Part shown: positions 1 through 12,981 of the stretch, piece by piece
How the letters are laid out: every line of letters begins with the position of its first letter
How positions within the stretch are numbered: the stretch's first letter is position 1
Assembly (NCBI GenBank): GCA_030770535.1
Contig: JASVEC010000022.1
Location: 186,001 to 250,000, forward strand
Origin: Batkoa obscura
Taxonomy: Eukaryota
Length of the DNA: 64,000 nt
Direction of reading: 5' to 3'
The notes under the pieces: generated by a model
Told to the model about the DNA's origin: nothing
The model's database searches: none
What the model saw: only the letters and a program-made list of their open reading frames with translations
Translations under genes and position numbers: made by a program

Positions 1-1475
1 GCTGCATCAGTGGCAGGTCCACGAGAACGATTAGCTTGACGTTGAAGGATGTTAACTAAACCAGTGGCTTTTTTACTTAATAATTGAACGGTTGGTTGGT
101 TACTAAAATAATCGACAATTGGCATTTGGATTTGATCTTCAAGATAAGAGTCATTTGAAGCTTCAAATACATGGTAACAAATATAATTATAAAGTCGTTC
201 ATTAGCGTAATTAGCACAAAATTGTTGGAAATTATTTGTTGAATTAATCTGAGTAGTACCAGGTAAATCAAGAAGTCCAAGGAAATTAGCTTGTTCTTTA
301 ACACAAAGACGAGTATTAATAAATTCTGTTACCCAAGAAAAGAGTAATGAATAAAGACATCTTGCTAAATCATCACGTTGAACAGCAGCTTGAGCAGCAT
401 CTAAAAATACGGTACATGCTTCCTTTTTAATAATCTTAGTTTTATAAGTAAGTAAACCTTCTAAAGTTCCTGGATGAAGTCCAAGGAAATCAGCAACTAA
501 ATCAAGTACATCGGTATTTTTAATTAAAGCAGCATCATCACCGGTATGATGAGCTGGATTTTCAAAATTAATATTACCAAGATGTAAGATAGCAGCGAGG
601 AGTTGAAATACTTGACTTTGAAATTTAGGATTAAAACCTAATGTTCTCATAGCTGCTTTTAAGGCTTTAAATTCGGAACTAAGTTGAGAATTGGAAACTT
701 GAACTCGAGTTCCACGGAGATAATTGTAATGAGATGACTCTTGCATAAGATGGAAATGAGCCCTTTCATCAGCGGAAGTACCAGCAAGTAATTGATAAAA
801 GGCATAAAAATTTGATTCTTGAGAACCAGGGAAGCAAACACGATTTCTTTCTAAAAGATAATCTAAATGTTTAAATCCAACAGCTCTACCCTTATGATCA
901 AATTGAATTTCAGTATAAAGACCAAATCTAGAAGCATGAGAATTAATACTAGTAGCCGCTTGGCCAAACGAATTAATAACAGTGTATGAATTCAAAAGTT
1001 GCTTAAAAAGCTTGGATTCTTTTTTAGAACTTTTTCTTAAAGCAGCCAATTGAGATACAAATAATTCTTTTGCTTTAGATTTTCCAGAACCAGAATCACC
1101 AACAAAGATAACGGATTGATCAATAGCTGAACGACGTAAATGAAAATAAGTAGTATTAGCTAATTGATAAATATGAGCTGGTAATTGAGTGGAACGACGT
1201 CCAGAAAAGTCTTCAAAGTCCTCAACATATTCAGCTTGAACGGAATCTCCTTGAAGTGGGTTACTAAGATGCAATGGATTGATAGAGAGTAATACCCTTG
1301 ATCCAACTTTAGTATACGTTTGATTCTTAGATTTATATTTTTCTACTAATGTGTGTACAATACTATTAGTAGTTTTTTGACTGACTTTCGATAAATCTTG
1401 ATCCCTTGAGCCCTCAACTGGAGTGCTACGTTCGGATGGGATATCATTGATATTTGATTTCATATGAGTAGCCAT
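1..1475 (-). CDS. Chitin synthase with N-terminal myosin motor-like domain (class V/VII); only the 5' part is in the window, ORF runs off the left edge
   Basis: Manual minus-strand translation from ATG 1475: P-loop DQSVIFVGDSGSGKS, then FGQAATSINSHASRFGLYTEIQFD and NFYAFYQLLAGTS. This degenerate myosin head is typical of fungal myosin-chitin synthases. The CS domain is not visible. A GT-AG intron (1476-1527) ends directly before the ATG. Confidence 0.85.
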   Translation of the reverse strand, partial: MATHMKSNINDIPSERSTPVEGSRDQDLSKVSQKTTNSIVHTLVEKYKSKNQTYTKVGSRVLLSINPLHLSNPLQGDSVQAEYVEDFEDFSGRRSTQLPAHIYQLANTTYFHLRRSAIDQSVIFVGDSGSGKSKAKELFVSQLAALRKSSKKESKLFKQLLNSYTVINSFGQAATSINSHASRFGLYTEIQFDHKGRAVGFKHLDYLLERNRVCFPGSQESNFYAFYQLLAGTSADERAHFHLMQESSHYNYLRGTRVQVSNSQLSSEFKALKAAMRTLGFNPKFQSQVFQLLAAILHLGNINFENPAHHTGDDAALIKNTDVLDLVADFLGLHPGTLEGLLTYKTKIIKKEACTVFLDAAQAAVQRDDLARCLYSLLFSWVTEFINTRLCVKEQANFLGLLDLPGTTQINSTNNFQQFCANYANERLYNYICYHVFEASNDSYLEDQIQMPIVDYFSNQPTVQLLSKKATGLVNILQRQANRSRGPATDA

Positions 1476-4179
1476 CTAAAGGAATTAATTAATACCATGT
1501 TTACAATCAAAGTTCAAGTTAACCTACCTTTGAAATAATTAAAGCTTAATAAAATTATTTACAATTACACAATTTCTTTTCAATAAGATAAAAAATTAAA
1601 TTAAATTATACAATAAAAACTAAATGGATAGACTTGACGTCTCTATAATAGATAATAATATTTTTTCTTCAAATTAATCAATATTAATGAGAAAGATAAA
1701 CAATCAATAAAAATTGAAAAGAAATTAAATTAATAAATTAATTATAAATTGTAATATAAAAAGGGGTATTTAAAAATATATTTTATAATAGTAACTATCT
1801 GCTTTTATTTGTTAATTTAAATATAAAATCAGGCCTTGGAGTTATTATAGTTTCCGCGAACCTCTTATTCTTATAAACTTTGATTGTTCCAAAACTAATA
1901 ATAGATTGAACAAATAGATCAAGTACTTTGGACTTTATAGTACTACATTATTGGTTTATCTATGAAATCTTACTTCATAATAAATTACGGTGAAAATATA
2001 GAGCCAATGTTTTTATCAAGTTGTTAAGTTGAGTTTCTATTTTTAGATTAATTTGTTAATCGACTTTAAGTTTCATTATTCTGCCCATTTTATTTGAAAA
2101 ATCCCAATTTCTGATTCATTTATTTCACTTTTTTCTTAAATTTCTCCTTAGCCATTCTAATTTTGCAGCTTCAAACTATAAATATACCTCCATTTTCTAT
2201 TTTTAAATTGATTTAAAAATAAAATAATACCCAATTTATCAAAATCAAAAAACAAAAAAGAATTTGGAATAAATAAAAAGTCTATTTATAAAGAAATATC
2301 TTATTTTTATTATATTAGTAACGTTTATGTAACATTAAGGTATATAAATAAAATCAATGAACATTAAATTTATTATTTGAGTTCCTATAATGTATATATT
2401 TTAAAAATTAGGATCGGAAAAGAATAGCAACAATAAGTTAATCTAATTTAATATTTATTCTTCAATAAAAATTTACAATAAATCAAAATAAATCATAATA
2501 AACTTAGTCCATTTCTCGGCTCTTGTTTCCTCTGTTAATTATTCTTTATACATTTTCTTTGTTAAAAGCCGCATCAGGGTTTTTTTGTCCTTTCGAATGA
2601 TTAATAGGACTAATATAGTTTCTGATCAATGTATTTTAGTATTTCAAATGTTATAAAAAAAGTTACTACATCCTCAGATCAATATATTTAAAAAAGATAA
2701 TGTAATTATTATCATTCAAGATAATTATTAGATTAATCTAGCTAACTTGATCAATAAAGATAGTAATTTCGATCATTTTTGCATTACTAATGCAAAAAAG
2801 CTTTTAAGAATTTGATAACAAGATTATCTGTTCATGATGGCAGTATAACAAATATTGAAATTATAAAACAACTAACTTATCTTAAGAAGTAATAATTAGC
2901 CACCCAAATGATTATTTTTTGATAATAGATTGGTAACTAGGCGATCTTTATAAGTTTCATTTAGTTATTTATTTTTATACAACAATAAAGGTGGACAACT
3001 CATGAACTTGATCCACCTTAAAAAAGGACGTGGAATAAAATTTTAATAAAAATCTAGATCTGTAACCCTAATCCGAACCATATTAAAAGCTTAATAGTAA
3101 CTATATTTTCAATTTAAATGGTCCTATTTTTTTAACTAGAGTTCAATTTTATTGTATATTTCCAACGTTATTGTAATGTCAAACTTGAACACCTGTCTGG
3201 TACTATCTTTTACTCAATATTATTAATGATTCCAACTCAACGACATCTCTATTTTTTAATTTGTTCTTTTTTTCATTGAATTGAAGTTTCCATTAGTGAC
3301 ATCAAATCAAAGTAACTAATTTCTTTTTACAATTTGGTTCATCTCGAATTGAAAATAAATAGTGGTATTTTTTAAAACCAGCCGTTTGATTGGTTGATTT
3401 TTTTTGAAGTTTACTGCTCAAGAAATCAATGATTTATATTAGTTTATAATGCTAAATTAAAAGATTATTTATAATAAATGTAATCTGGCATACTACCATT
3501 TTAACTATTATTACTGTTAGTATCTTTTTCTTATATTGATAATATTAAATTAAAATTAATTAAAGACATTTTAAAATATAAAATATAAAAAATATAAAAA
3601 ATATAAAAAATACAATTTTAAAGTAAAAGAAAGCTAAAATAAAATACTTGAGATTTTTGATTTTCACATTTTAAATTTAATAGCATAAAAGCAACTTATT
3701 AGTGAAATCATGGTAAGTTAATAATAATAAAAATTTAATTTCTAAACTTATTTTAGTAAAATTTAGCAAAAATTATTAATCAAAGATTTAAGCCTAATTT
3801 TGCTAGAAATTTAGGCCTAATTTTTATTTTAAATAAGCTGTTTTTTATTTTTAATTTAAGATGAACTCAAGCTGTATTATAGATAGTTTTTATTTTTATT
3901 TTTATTTTTAAATTTTTCTATTTAGTACATTTTACTATAATAACTATAAACAAATTGTCCCCTTTGGCCTAAAATGGTTAAATAGTACCTGTTAAACATT
4001 AATCATACTATTATTTTTCAGCATTTATATACGGTAGGGGGTTTTCTTACTCCAGATTATACAGATATTTCATTAGCTCCAAAATACGTAATCGATTTTT
4101 TTTTAAATTTAGAAAACATAAAGTTTTCATTAGTTTTTAACATCAAAATATAAGTTATCAGTATTGTAAACTAAATATA

Positions 4180-5832
4180 ATGAAAGGTTCTGCATTTGGT
4201 ATTAATTTTAATTTATTGAGTTTATTTTTTTATTAACTTTGAAATTATAGAAGAGTTTATACCATTGAGTTATTATATTGTTATCAGCATATCATTGATT
4301 GAAATCCTTGGAAAGTAAGTAGTAGTAAATGTATATTAAACTAATAAAAATCTAACATATTTTATAGTTATTTTCAATGGCAAAAATCAAGTGAAAAAGA
4401 AATATCCGGTGAGTTTGATGGAATAATTAATTCTAAAGTATTACAAAAAATACAAGTAGTTAACGAGGATAGATCAGCATTAAGATTTTATAAATCTATC
4501 TTTAGTTTATTGGAGTTTATAACCTTTTTTTATTTTGATACTTTTATTTATTTATGGGATTATTCAAAGAGTATATTAGAATCTATGGGATATCAAAATA
4601 TTGTAAGTATATATTTAATTTGCTCATTAATTAATATTTATTCTTTCATTTAGATAAATCAATCTATATTATTTTTTAACTTGTATTTAATATTAACCAC
4701 CTTACTCAATTTACCGTTTGATATTCACAACTCTATATTTATTATAAAAGAATATCAAGCGAATAGTAAAGGAGTTATAATGAATCTAACTAAAAGTTTA
4801 ATTTCAATAATGTTTCAATCTATAGTAGTAAAAATTATCATTGAAATTGTTAGTAGAAATATAAACAAAGAATATGGTATATATAGGTTATTAGCTTTTA
4901 GTTGGTTATTATTGTAAGTTTAATTATTACTTTATTATTAATTGAATTTTTATTTTTATTTTATTCTTGTTTAGTACTGCTTTTCAATTTATTTATTCAA
5001 TAATATTACCACATAAAATAATACCATTTTATTATAAAATGAAAAGAACAGTTGAATTAGAAGAGGGTTTTTTAAAAGAGAAAATTATTAAATTAAGTAA
5101 TTCAATTAATATTCCATTAAAGAAAATATATATCAATAATAATCCATCGAAGCTTAGTAATATATTTTCATCATTAAAATTACATATTTATGGTTTTAAT
5201 GATAAAACTATTGTATTAAGCAAAGAGTTAATTAATAATAAATCAAACGATGAAATAGTAATTATTATAGGTAATTTTTATTATCATCATTATTATTTTA
5301 ATTATTAATATACTTTTATTTAGCTACCAAATTAATTCAATCAAAATTAGGCTATAATTTCAATTGTTGTTTAAAAGATAATTTAATTGTATTAATTAAT
5401 ATGTATCTGTTTAATACACTTACAACCCAATTCTATACCAGTGATAGCATCCCTGTCATAGTTGCCGTTGTTTATATAATTTATTTTATATCACCTATCA
5501 ATTTATTAATTGAAATATTCTTTAATTTAATATTAAGATCGATTTATTTTGAAATAGACAAAATTATTATTGATACTTATGACAATGAGATTAATGTTAA
5601 AGAGAATCTAATTTGTTTTTATTATACTAATTTAGGAGAAATAAGGATCAGTAAATTATATTCAATTATAAATTATCAACAACCTAGGTTAACTGAAAGA
5701 TTAATGGCAATTGATTGTTACATTCAAAATGAATATAAAAAGAAAAAAAATAAATTAAGTGAAGCCAGAATAAACAATTCTGCAGCATTTCTTAGCCTTT
5801 CCGCTTCTATATCAGCCCAACGTCCACGTTAA
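4180..5832 (+). CDS. Ste24/CAAX prenyl protease (peptidase M48)-like membrane protein, predicted catalytically inactive; 6 exons, frame intact
   Basis: Spliced reconstruction MKGSAF|EEFIPL...|YFQWQK...EFDGIINSK...YLWDYSK|...LEEGFLKEKIIKLSNSINIPLKKIYI...KTIVL...EIVIII|ATKLIQSKLGY...YQQPRLTERLMAID follows the Ste24 layout. Intron phases are consistent. The HEXXH position reads TKLIQ. Confidence 0.7.
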
Positions 5833-6564
5833 TTTTGTTTCAAGCTCTTTATACTTTTTATTACATCTAACAATAAACTACTTGGTAGTCTAACTCCTTC
5901 AACATATCAAAAAAATAAAATAGAAATTTATATATATATTAATTTTTGATTATACTTGATTTTTACTGCTTAAAAAATTGATATTGATTAATTATAATAT
6001 TAAAAATATAACTCTTCGTTTAATTTAATCGACAAAATATTTTTATTAAATTAAAGTTTGACCTTATTATAAATAAAGAGCAGATAGTTATAAAGTAAAA
6101 CATTTGATGTTTAATTTATTATTCTTACTAAATTATAACTGTAATGGAAAGCTTTACATTTGATATCGTACCTATTTTGTTTCATTTATAAACTTCTTTT
6201 GACTTTTAACAATAGATGGGTTTCAATCTTTTGGTTATATTATTTTTGGTATACCCTTATTTGAAATAACAATTGGGAAAATTTAAAAATATAACATAAT
6301 TAACTATTTAAGACATTAAAATAGAATTATTATTATACTTATTTTCAATATTTAAGAAATCAACAAACTAAAATACCAAATGAATTAAATGGAAAAATTG
6401 AATGTGAAGTATTTAAAAACGATCAGGAATTGTATAATAATAAAACAATCTTTTAATTAATACTATCTATATTTAAAATAATAATATCTGTTATTTTTGT
6501 GTATTTTAATATATTCATATATTTATAGGAGAAGGTAAGCAATATTTTAACTGATACTAAGTAT

Positions 6565-6663
6565 AGGAATGTATTTTTGTTTAAGAATTTTACTAGCAGT
6601 TTTTCCACTTAAATAGCGCTTAAAAGTGGAAAAAGTGATGAAGCCAAAAAAAAAAACATCCCC
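6565..6663 (-). mobile_element. ~100-bp MITE copy 1 (Sola2-like termini)
   Basis: Reverse complement of the family consensus GGGGGTGTTTTTTTTGGTTTCATCACTTTTTCCA...AAGCGCTATTTGAGTGGAAAAA...AAAAATACATCCCC. Flanks GTAT/ATTT do not match (adjacent deletion). Confidence 0.9.
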
Positions 6664-6893
6664 ATTTGCTTTTATATTTCGTTGATAATGTAAATTTTAT
6701 TTTATATAATTCTATTATCATATAATTTTTTACTTAGTAATTTATTACGTTGTTTGTTTTTAATAATCTATCCTTATTATATTATATTAGCATATCATAA
6801 ATCATCTTGATTAATTGAATTAAAAGTTTTATTTAAGAAGAGAATTAAACTATTAATTAATTCAATTGATTTTCCAATATATCGAATCTATAT

Positions 6894-6990
6894 GAAGGTG
6901 TTTTTTTGGCTTCATCACTTTTTCCACTTTTAAGCGCTATTTAAGTGGAAAAACTGCTAGTAAAATTCTTAAACACAAAAATACACCCTC
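6894..6990 (+). mobile_element. MITE copy 2
   Basis: Family sequence with ATAT duplicated on both sides. Confidence 0.9.
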
Positions 6991-7731
6991 ATATAACAAA
7001 TAATGATAATAATATTAATATTGTAACTTCAATTCCAAGAATTTATGTTTATGGCTTGTGTTATAAGACAATTATTATACCTAAAGCATTAATTAATATT
7101 ATAACAAAAGAAGAGCTGTTAGTTATGATAGGTATTTTATTTTATTTTTGTATATTATAATAATCTTTTAACATTATTAATTTAGCTAGAAAATTATTAA
7201 AATATAAACTAAATTCTAATTTTGTACTATATTTTAAATATACTATTAGTTATACACTTACCTTTTATTTACCTGTATTTATTGCTAAACAATTAACTAT
7301 TAATGATCAAATACTATCTATAATTACTTTAATATATACAGATTATTTAATGTTTCCAATAGGTTTAATAATTAAAACTTTATTTAATTTTAAACTATAT
7401 TCTATTTGTTTTAAAGTTGATAAAATTATCTTAAGTATTTATGGTATAGAGTTTAGAATCAAAGAGAGGGCTATTAATCTACATAGTAATAATATGGAGG
7501 AAGTATATATTGATTCAATTTATTCTATTATTCATTATGAAAACTAAAATTAATTGAAAGATCAATGGTAATTGAGAAATTTATTCAGTATGAAAATAAG
7601 AAGAGAGAATTAAAAATTGTTTATTATTTGGTTTTAAATTTTTAAATTTTCACTTTTAGTATTATAACTTTTTAAATTTAAAAATTTACTCGAATATTCC
7701 TTTTATTCTTTTTTTTGATAATTTTAAAAAA

Positions 7732-9611
7732 ATGATAAATAGATATTATAAATTAATTAATAAAAATCAGTTCAATTTAATTAAAACCACTTTTTTAAGG
7801 ATAGGTATATTATTATTGAACTATTATATAATAGAATTTAATTGACATTTTCAATTTAGATAAATTTCATACACTTAAAATCAATTATCAAGATGGTAAT
7901 TTCAATAATACAAATAATAATAATGATATAGAAAACAAGAGTAATATAGATAACGGTACTTTGATAGAAAATAACAACACCATAGAAATTGCGGAAATAA
8001 AAAAAGAAGTAGTTAAAGTAGTACCATTAACGAATACATATCAAGGTCACGAATTAGGCAAATACAATCGAGATTTAGAATCAAAAATCAAAAACAAACG
8101 ACTTGATGAAGCTTATAAAATCATCCAAAAGATCAAAACTAAAAATATACAACCTGACTTAGTCACTTTTAATTTAATATTGTCAAGTATTCAATCTAAT
8201 AAAGACTTTAATTTAAGTTTAAATGTATTAAAAGATTTATTGAGCCTTGGATTAACACCAGATGTTATTACTATTAATCATTTGTTAGAGGTAGAAAGTT
8301 TTTTTATTTTTATTAGTTTATTAAAATTTTATATTAATAAATAACAATATAGATAGCCATCAATAGTGGATTAAAAATAGAATTAGTGAAAGAAATTGCG
8401 AAAGAATTAAATATTAAACTGAATTCCCAATCTTATGAAATTATATTAAAAGGGTATTTTTTACGTAAAGAATATGAGTCCTTAATATTATATTATGAGA
8501 GATACTTAACTAAAAAAGATATTCAGTTATCATATAAAACTTATCAAATGATTATAATAACTCATTGTAAATTAGGTCAATTTGATTTGGTATTAGAATT
8601 AATTCAAAAGCCTAATAAAAAAATTTTAAATTGGGCAATACCTTCCGATCCCATTCATTTAGTTACTTATCTTCGATTATTTTTAGAAAATTATCATGTA
8701 AGTTTTATCTTTATTGTTTATTGTTTATCGTTTATATATATTAATACTGTTTTTAGATTAAAGGCTCCTCTTATTTATTTCAATTAATAAGTAATAAAGG
8801 TATCCATTTAGATGAAGGTACTTGTTTAAATGCTTTAAATGTAGCCGGGAGATATGGAAACACTATGCTAACTACATTAAGTTTAAAAGCATTAAGTAAA
8901 ATCAAAGTGAATTTAAAAGAACAACATTTTATACCGATTATTGAGAGCTACCTCAAAGGTAATAAAATAGAAGATTATCAAAAAGCAATTTACTTATTAA
9001 AATTAATGGAACAAAGTCATTTAAAATTGGAGTACAAATTACTGGGGAGTCAGATGACGGAATATTTCATTACTAATTTACATCAGAGTAAACTGTTTTT
9101 TCAATTTTTAAAAGAGAATAATATCAATTTTATATTATGTTATAATTTATTATTATCCACCTACTGGGAAATTATGGATGTTGGTAGAGCCAATGAAATT
9201 TTTAATTTAATATTAACCAATGACGACCTAACACCAGATATTGATACCTTTAATATCATGTTAAAAGGGTATTCCAAATCAAATTCAATAGACAAGAAAG
9301 ACGCTTTACTAACCCAAATGACTTCTTACAACATCCCAAAAGATCAAGAAACTTACACACAATTAATTCAATTAATTCTAGCTCCATTAACACTATCCAA
9401 TCACAATTATGAAGAAGCATTCACATACCTTGAAGAAATGAAGCAGAAGAATTATTTACCTTCATATCATCTCTATGCTACATTAATTCGAAGATGTGCT
9501 AAAGCTAGGGATCCAAGAGCTTATATTGCATTAGATGAAATGTTTCAATTGGGTTATAATCCACCGCCATCTTTAAGAAGATATATTGAAACGGGAGGGG
9601 TGAGTATTTAA
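7732..9611 (+). CDS. Pentatricopeptide repeat (PPR) protein, probably mitochondrial; 4 exons
   Basis: PPR motifs PDLVTFNLIL, PDVITINHLL, PDIDTFNIMLKGY and PSYHLYATLIRRCA. Basic N-terminus MINRYYKLI. GT-AG introns near 7804, 8291 and 8698. Confidence 0.85.
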
Positions 9612-10553
9612 GTTATAAAGTTCTAAAATAAAATAGAGGTTAAATAGAAACGTCGCTGGATTTTATTTTAAATGAGGTTTTAAAGTTATAATTTAAAGTA
9701 TTGTAAATTAAAATTTTGGAATATTATTTTAAATTGTTATTATGGTAAGTGTAGACTGGAAGATTTTGATGAAATTAAATTTATTTTATAAAATTGAATA
9801 GTTTACCGAATAAAATTTATTTAATTTTAAATCCACTTAGATTTTAATTAAATTCTAACATCGAATTATTTGCTTAATATAAAAACATATTATATATACC
9901 TCAACCACCAAGTATGCTAAAATAAGAATTTTTAATTTTATAATAGGCGATACCTTTTTCTATATGTGGATTGGAGATAAAATCCATTTTTACGTAGCAA
10001 ATGGTTGATTTATAAAGGATAGATTTTTAAATATTTTTTATATACTAATACTGAAAATTAAGTTAATAAGGTGCCTTATTATATGTGTAATAAAGTGCCT
10101 TATTTGCTTACTTAAATGAGAATGATGATAGAGTTTTTTGATATAGTACTAATTATTAGAAATTGAATATGAATATGCTTAAAACTTCAATAAAATTAAA
10201 AATAAAATTTTCAATTTCACTTTTTTGCCTTATTTCTTATGTGGCATCATAGATTTTCAAAAAATACAAAAGCTGAATAAAAAATAGCTTTATGAGCTAT
10301 TTTAAATTAAACAAAAGTAAATTTTGGTAGCATTGTGTGCTAAATTTGTAATTGCTAAAAATTGAACAAAATTGAACCAAGCTTTAGATTAACCCATATT
10401 GCAAAGTAGACATACTTAAAAGTAACTTTTTCTATGAAATTCTAAGCCAATCAAATTTGGTCAAAAATAATAAGTAAAAGCAAATGAAATCCCATTTAAA
10501 AAATTCACTTTTTTGACTATATTTTTTGATCATTCTACCATTTTTAATTAAAA

Positions 10554-12770
10554 ATGTTTTCAAGTAATAACTAATTAATAATAAATAATATAAAAAAATA
10601 ACGATTATATTAAATTTTAGGCAATAACTCTGGTTTTGGTCAAAGTGCTAATACTGGATTTGGTCAAACTGCTAATACAGGAACAGGATTTGGCCAAACT
10701 GCTAATATAGGAACAGGATTTGGTCAAACTGCTAATACAGGAACAGGATTTGGTCAAAATACGAGTACCAATACAGGATTTGGTCAAAGTAGTGGTACAG
10801 GATTTGGCCAAACTGCTAGTACAGGAACAGGATTTGGTCAAACTGCTAGTACAGGAACAGGATTTGGTCAAACTGCTAGTACAGGAACAGGATTTGGTCA
10901 AAGTAGTGGTACAGGATTTGGTCAAAATGTGAATACAGGAACAGGATTTGGTCAAACTGCTAATACTGGATTCGGACAAAATACTAGCGCCAGTACAGGG
11001 TTTGGACAAAATAGTGGAACGGGATTTGGACAAACAGTTAGTACAGGAACAGGCTTTGGACAAAGTACTAACACAGGCACTGGATTTGGACAAAGTAGTG
11101 GAACAGGCTTTGGGCAAAGTATCAACGCTAGCACGGGATTTGGTCAAACTGGTAGCACGGGTTTTGGACAAAGTAGTGGAACAGGCTTTGGACAAAGTAT
11201 TAATACTAGCACAGGCTTTGGTCAAACTGCGAATACAGGCTTTGGTCAAAATACCAACACAGGCTTTGGAAATGCAACTGCAACATTAACTAGTAAGCCT
11301 GCTTTTGGTACTAACACACTTAGCACTGGAACCACCAATGCCTTTGGACAGAGCACAAATACTGGTACACTTGGACAAAGCACCGGAGGAGGCTTATTTA
11401 GTCAAAATACTAGTACAAATACTCTTGGACAGAACACTGGAGGGGGTTTATTTGGACAAAATACTGGTACTAATGCCCTCGGACAAAATACTAGTACAAA
11501 TACACTTGGACAAAGCACTGGCGGAGGTCTATTTGGACAAAGCAATAATACCAATACACTTGGACAGAGCACTGGAGGGGGTTTATTTGGACAAAATACT
11601 GGTACTAGTAGTACAGGCTTTGGATCAAGTTTAAATAAATCATTTGGAGGAGGTACTGGGTTTGGTCAAAGTACTGGAACAGGATTTCTTGGGCAGAATA
11701 CTAGTAATATGGGAGCTAATAATCTAAATCAACAACAAGTAGCTCCAAGTGGGATGAATAAATTTGAAGAGCTTATAATGAAGAATGCTTTGCTGAATTC
11801 AGGGATCGTTACAGGTAAGATAATAATATAATATATTTTAATAGTTATTAATATAGCAAAATTTTTGCATAGAAATTAAGGATGAATCAATTGTCGAAAG
11901 TTATATTGCCTTAGAAAGTTCCCTACAGCCAAATTCAAATAATTATACATTTCAGGTAAATTTAATTTATTTTAAAAATGACATCAATGACGTTAATATT
12001 TTTATTAGAAATACTTTTATAATTTAGTACATCCAAGTACGATTGAATATTTCCCAGTAATTGATCTTAAAAACGAAGCTTATCAAAAAGCAGTAAGAGA
12101 AAATCCAGATCCAAGATGGTAATTTATTAATATCTCATAATAATCACAATATAATAATAATATATTAGTATGGTACCAGTGCCAGTAGTAGGTTATGAAG
12201 GATTAAGTAATCGAAGTGATTTGATAAAGAAACAAATTGAGAAGAAAAATAATGCAGTTGAAGGAATTTATGCAAAGATTGAAGAACTTGAAAAAAGGCA
12301 ACATGATAAAATAGCATTAAGGGTACAAAAACTATTATTACGTAAAGATGATATCGACCAAAGAGCTACCAACCTTGCTAAAGAATTGATTAAAATAAGT
12401 AGTGAAGGAGAGCCATTAAGCAGTGAAGAAATTGAACTAAAGAAAGGATTAACTGAAGTAGAAAAGAGGTTACTTAGCGAAGAAAAATTTAATGCAATGA
12501 AAAAAGAACTTTGGGAACAAATTAATGCAATTCGTGCTAATTTGGATTTAATTGTTAAGAAAAATAATGAACAGTTATTGTCAAGTGAACAAAAGAATGA
12601 AATTTCATATGTAAGTTTATTTAAGTTTTTATTATTTAAGTTTATTTATTGTTTTTTAGTTAACAGAAGATTATTTATCACACGCTAAAAACCTTCGAGA
12701 ACATGGTGAAAAATATCTTGCAGTATCGAAAAGTATCAATGAAGCTACAGAAAAAGACCATGCTAAATAG
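10554..12770 (+). CDS. NUP57: FG-repeat nucleoporin of the Nup54/Nup57(Nup44) family
   Basis: MFS|SNNSGFGQ..., many GFGQ and GGGLFGQ repeats, then KYFYN...ENPDP..MVPVPVVGYEGL and a C-terminal coiled coil typical of Nup54/57. Stop TAG at 12770. Confidence 0.8.
10630..11270 (+). repeat. Coding tandem repeat of 24- and 30-nt units (GFGQTASTGT-like) in the nucleoporin
   Basis: Near-perfect units such as GGATTTGGTCAAACTGCTAGTACAGGAACA. Confidence 0.95.
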
Positions 12771-12981
12771 ATTTATTAAAGAAGATAACTATTTAATCAT
12801 ATAGTAAACTTGTCCTTTGATTCATTTATTTTTTTTAAAATAAAATAAATTTAAATTAAATTGTGTTCTCATTTCAAAATTTTGCTTAAAACCTAAACTA
12901 TAAATTGGTTCATGCAAAATTTCTAATTATTTAGTCATTTTTAAAAGAGAACTGCTTTTTTTAAAATTTAATATTTTTAAA

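Larger units (their letters stand above)
6144..7610 (+). pseudogene. Second Ste24-like paralogue, pseudogenised
   Basis: Colinear with 4180-5832 (PNELNGKI, KTIIIPKALIN...EELLVMI|ARKLLK, DSIYSIIHYEN*KLIER). Has a mutated first donor (AT), in-frame stops, two MITE insertions and a deletion of most of the exon-4 equivalent. Confidence 0.65.

Noticed and set aside
1..1475. Conventional myosin heavy chain
   Set aside because: Degenerate switch motifs (ASRFGLYTEIQF) fit the myosin-like domain of chitin synthases better, though the synthase domain is outside the window.
2988..3019. Hairpin AAGGTGGA...TCCACCTT as a Helitron end or RNA gene
   Set aside because: Single short stem with no suitably placed CTRR end, no second copy and no tRNA features.
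10617..11634. Overlapping alternative-frame and antisense ORFs, and a CRISPR-like look of the 30-nt repeats
   Set aside because: By-products of the coding GFGQ repeat. There are no unique spacers, no cas genes, and the context is eukaryotic.
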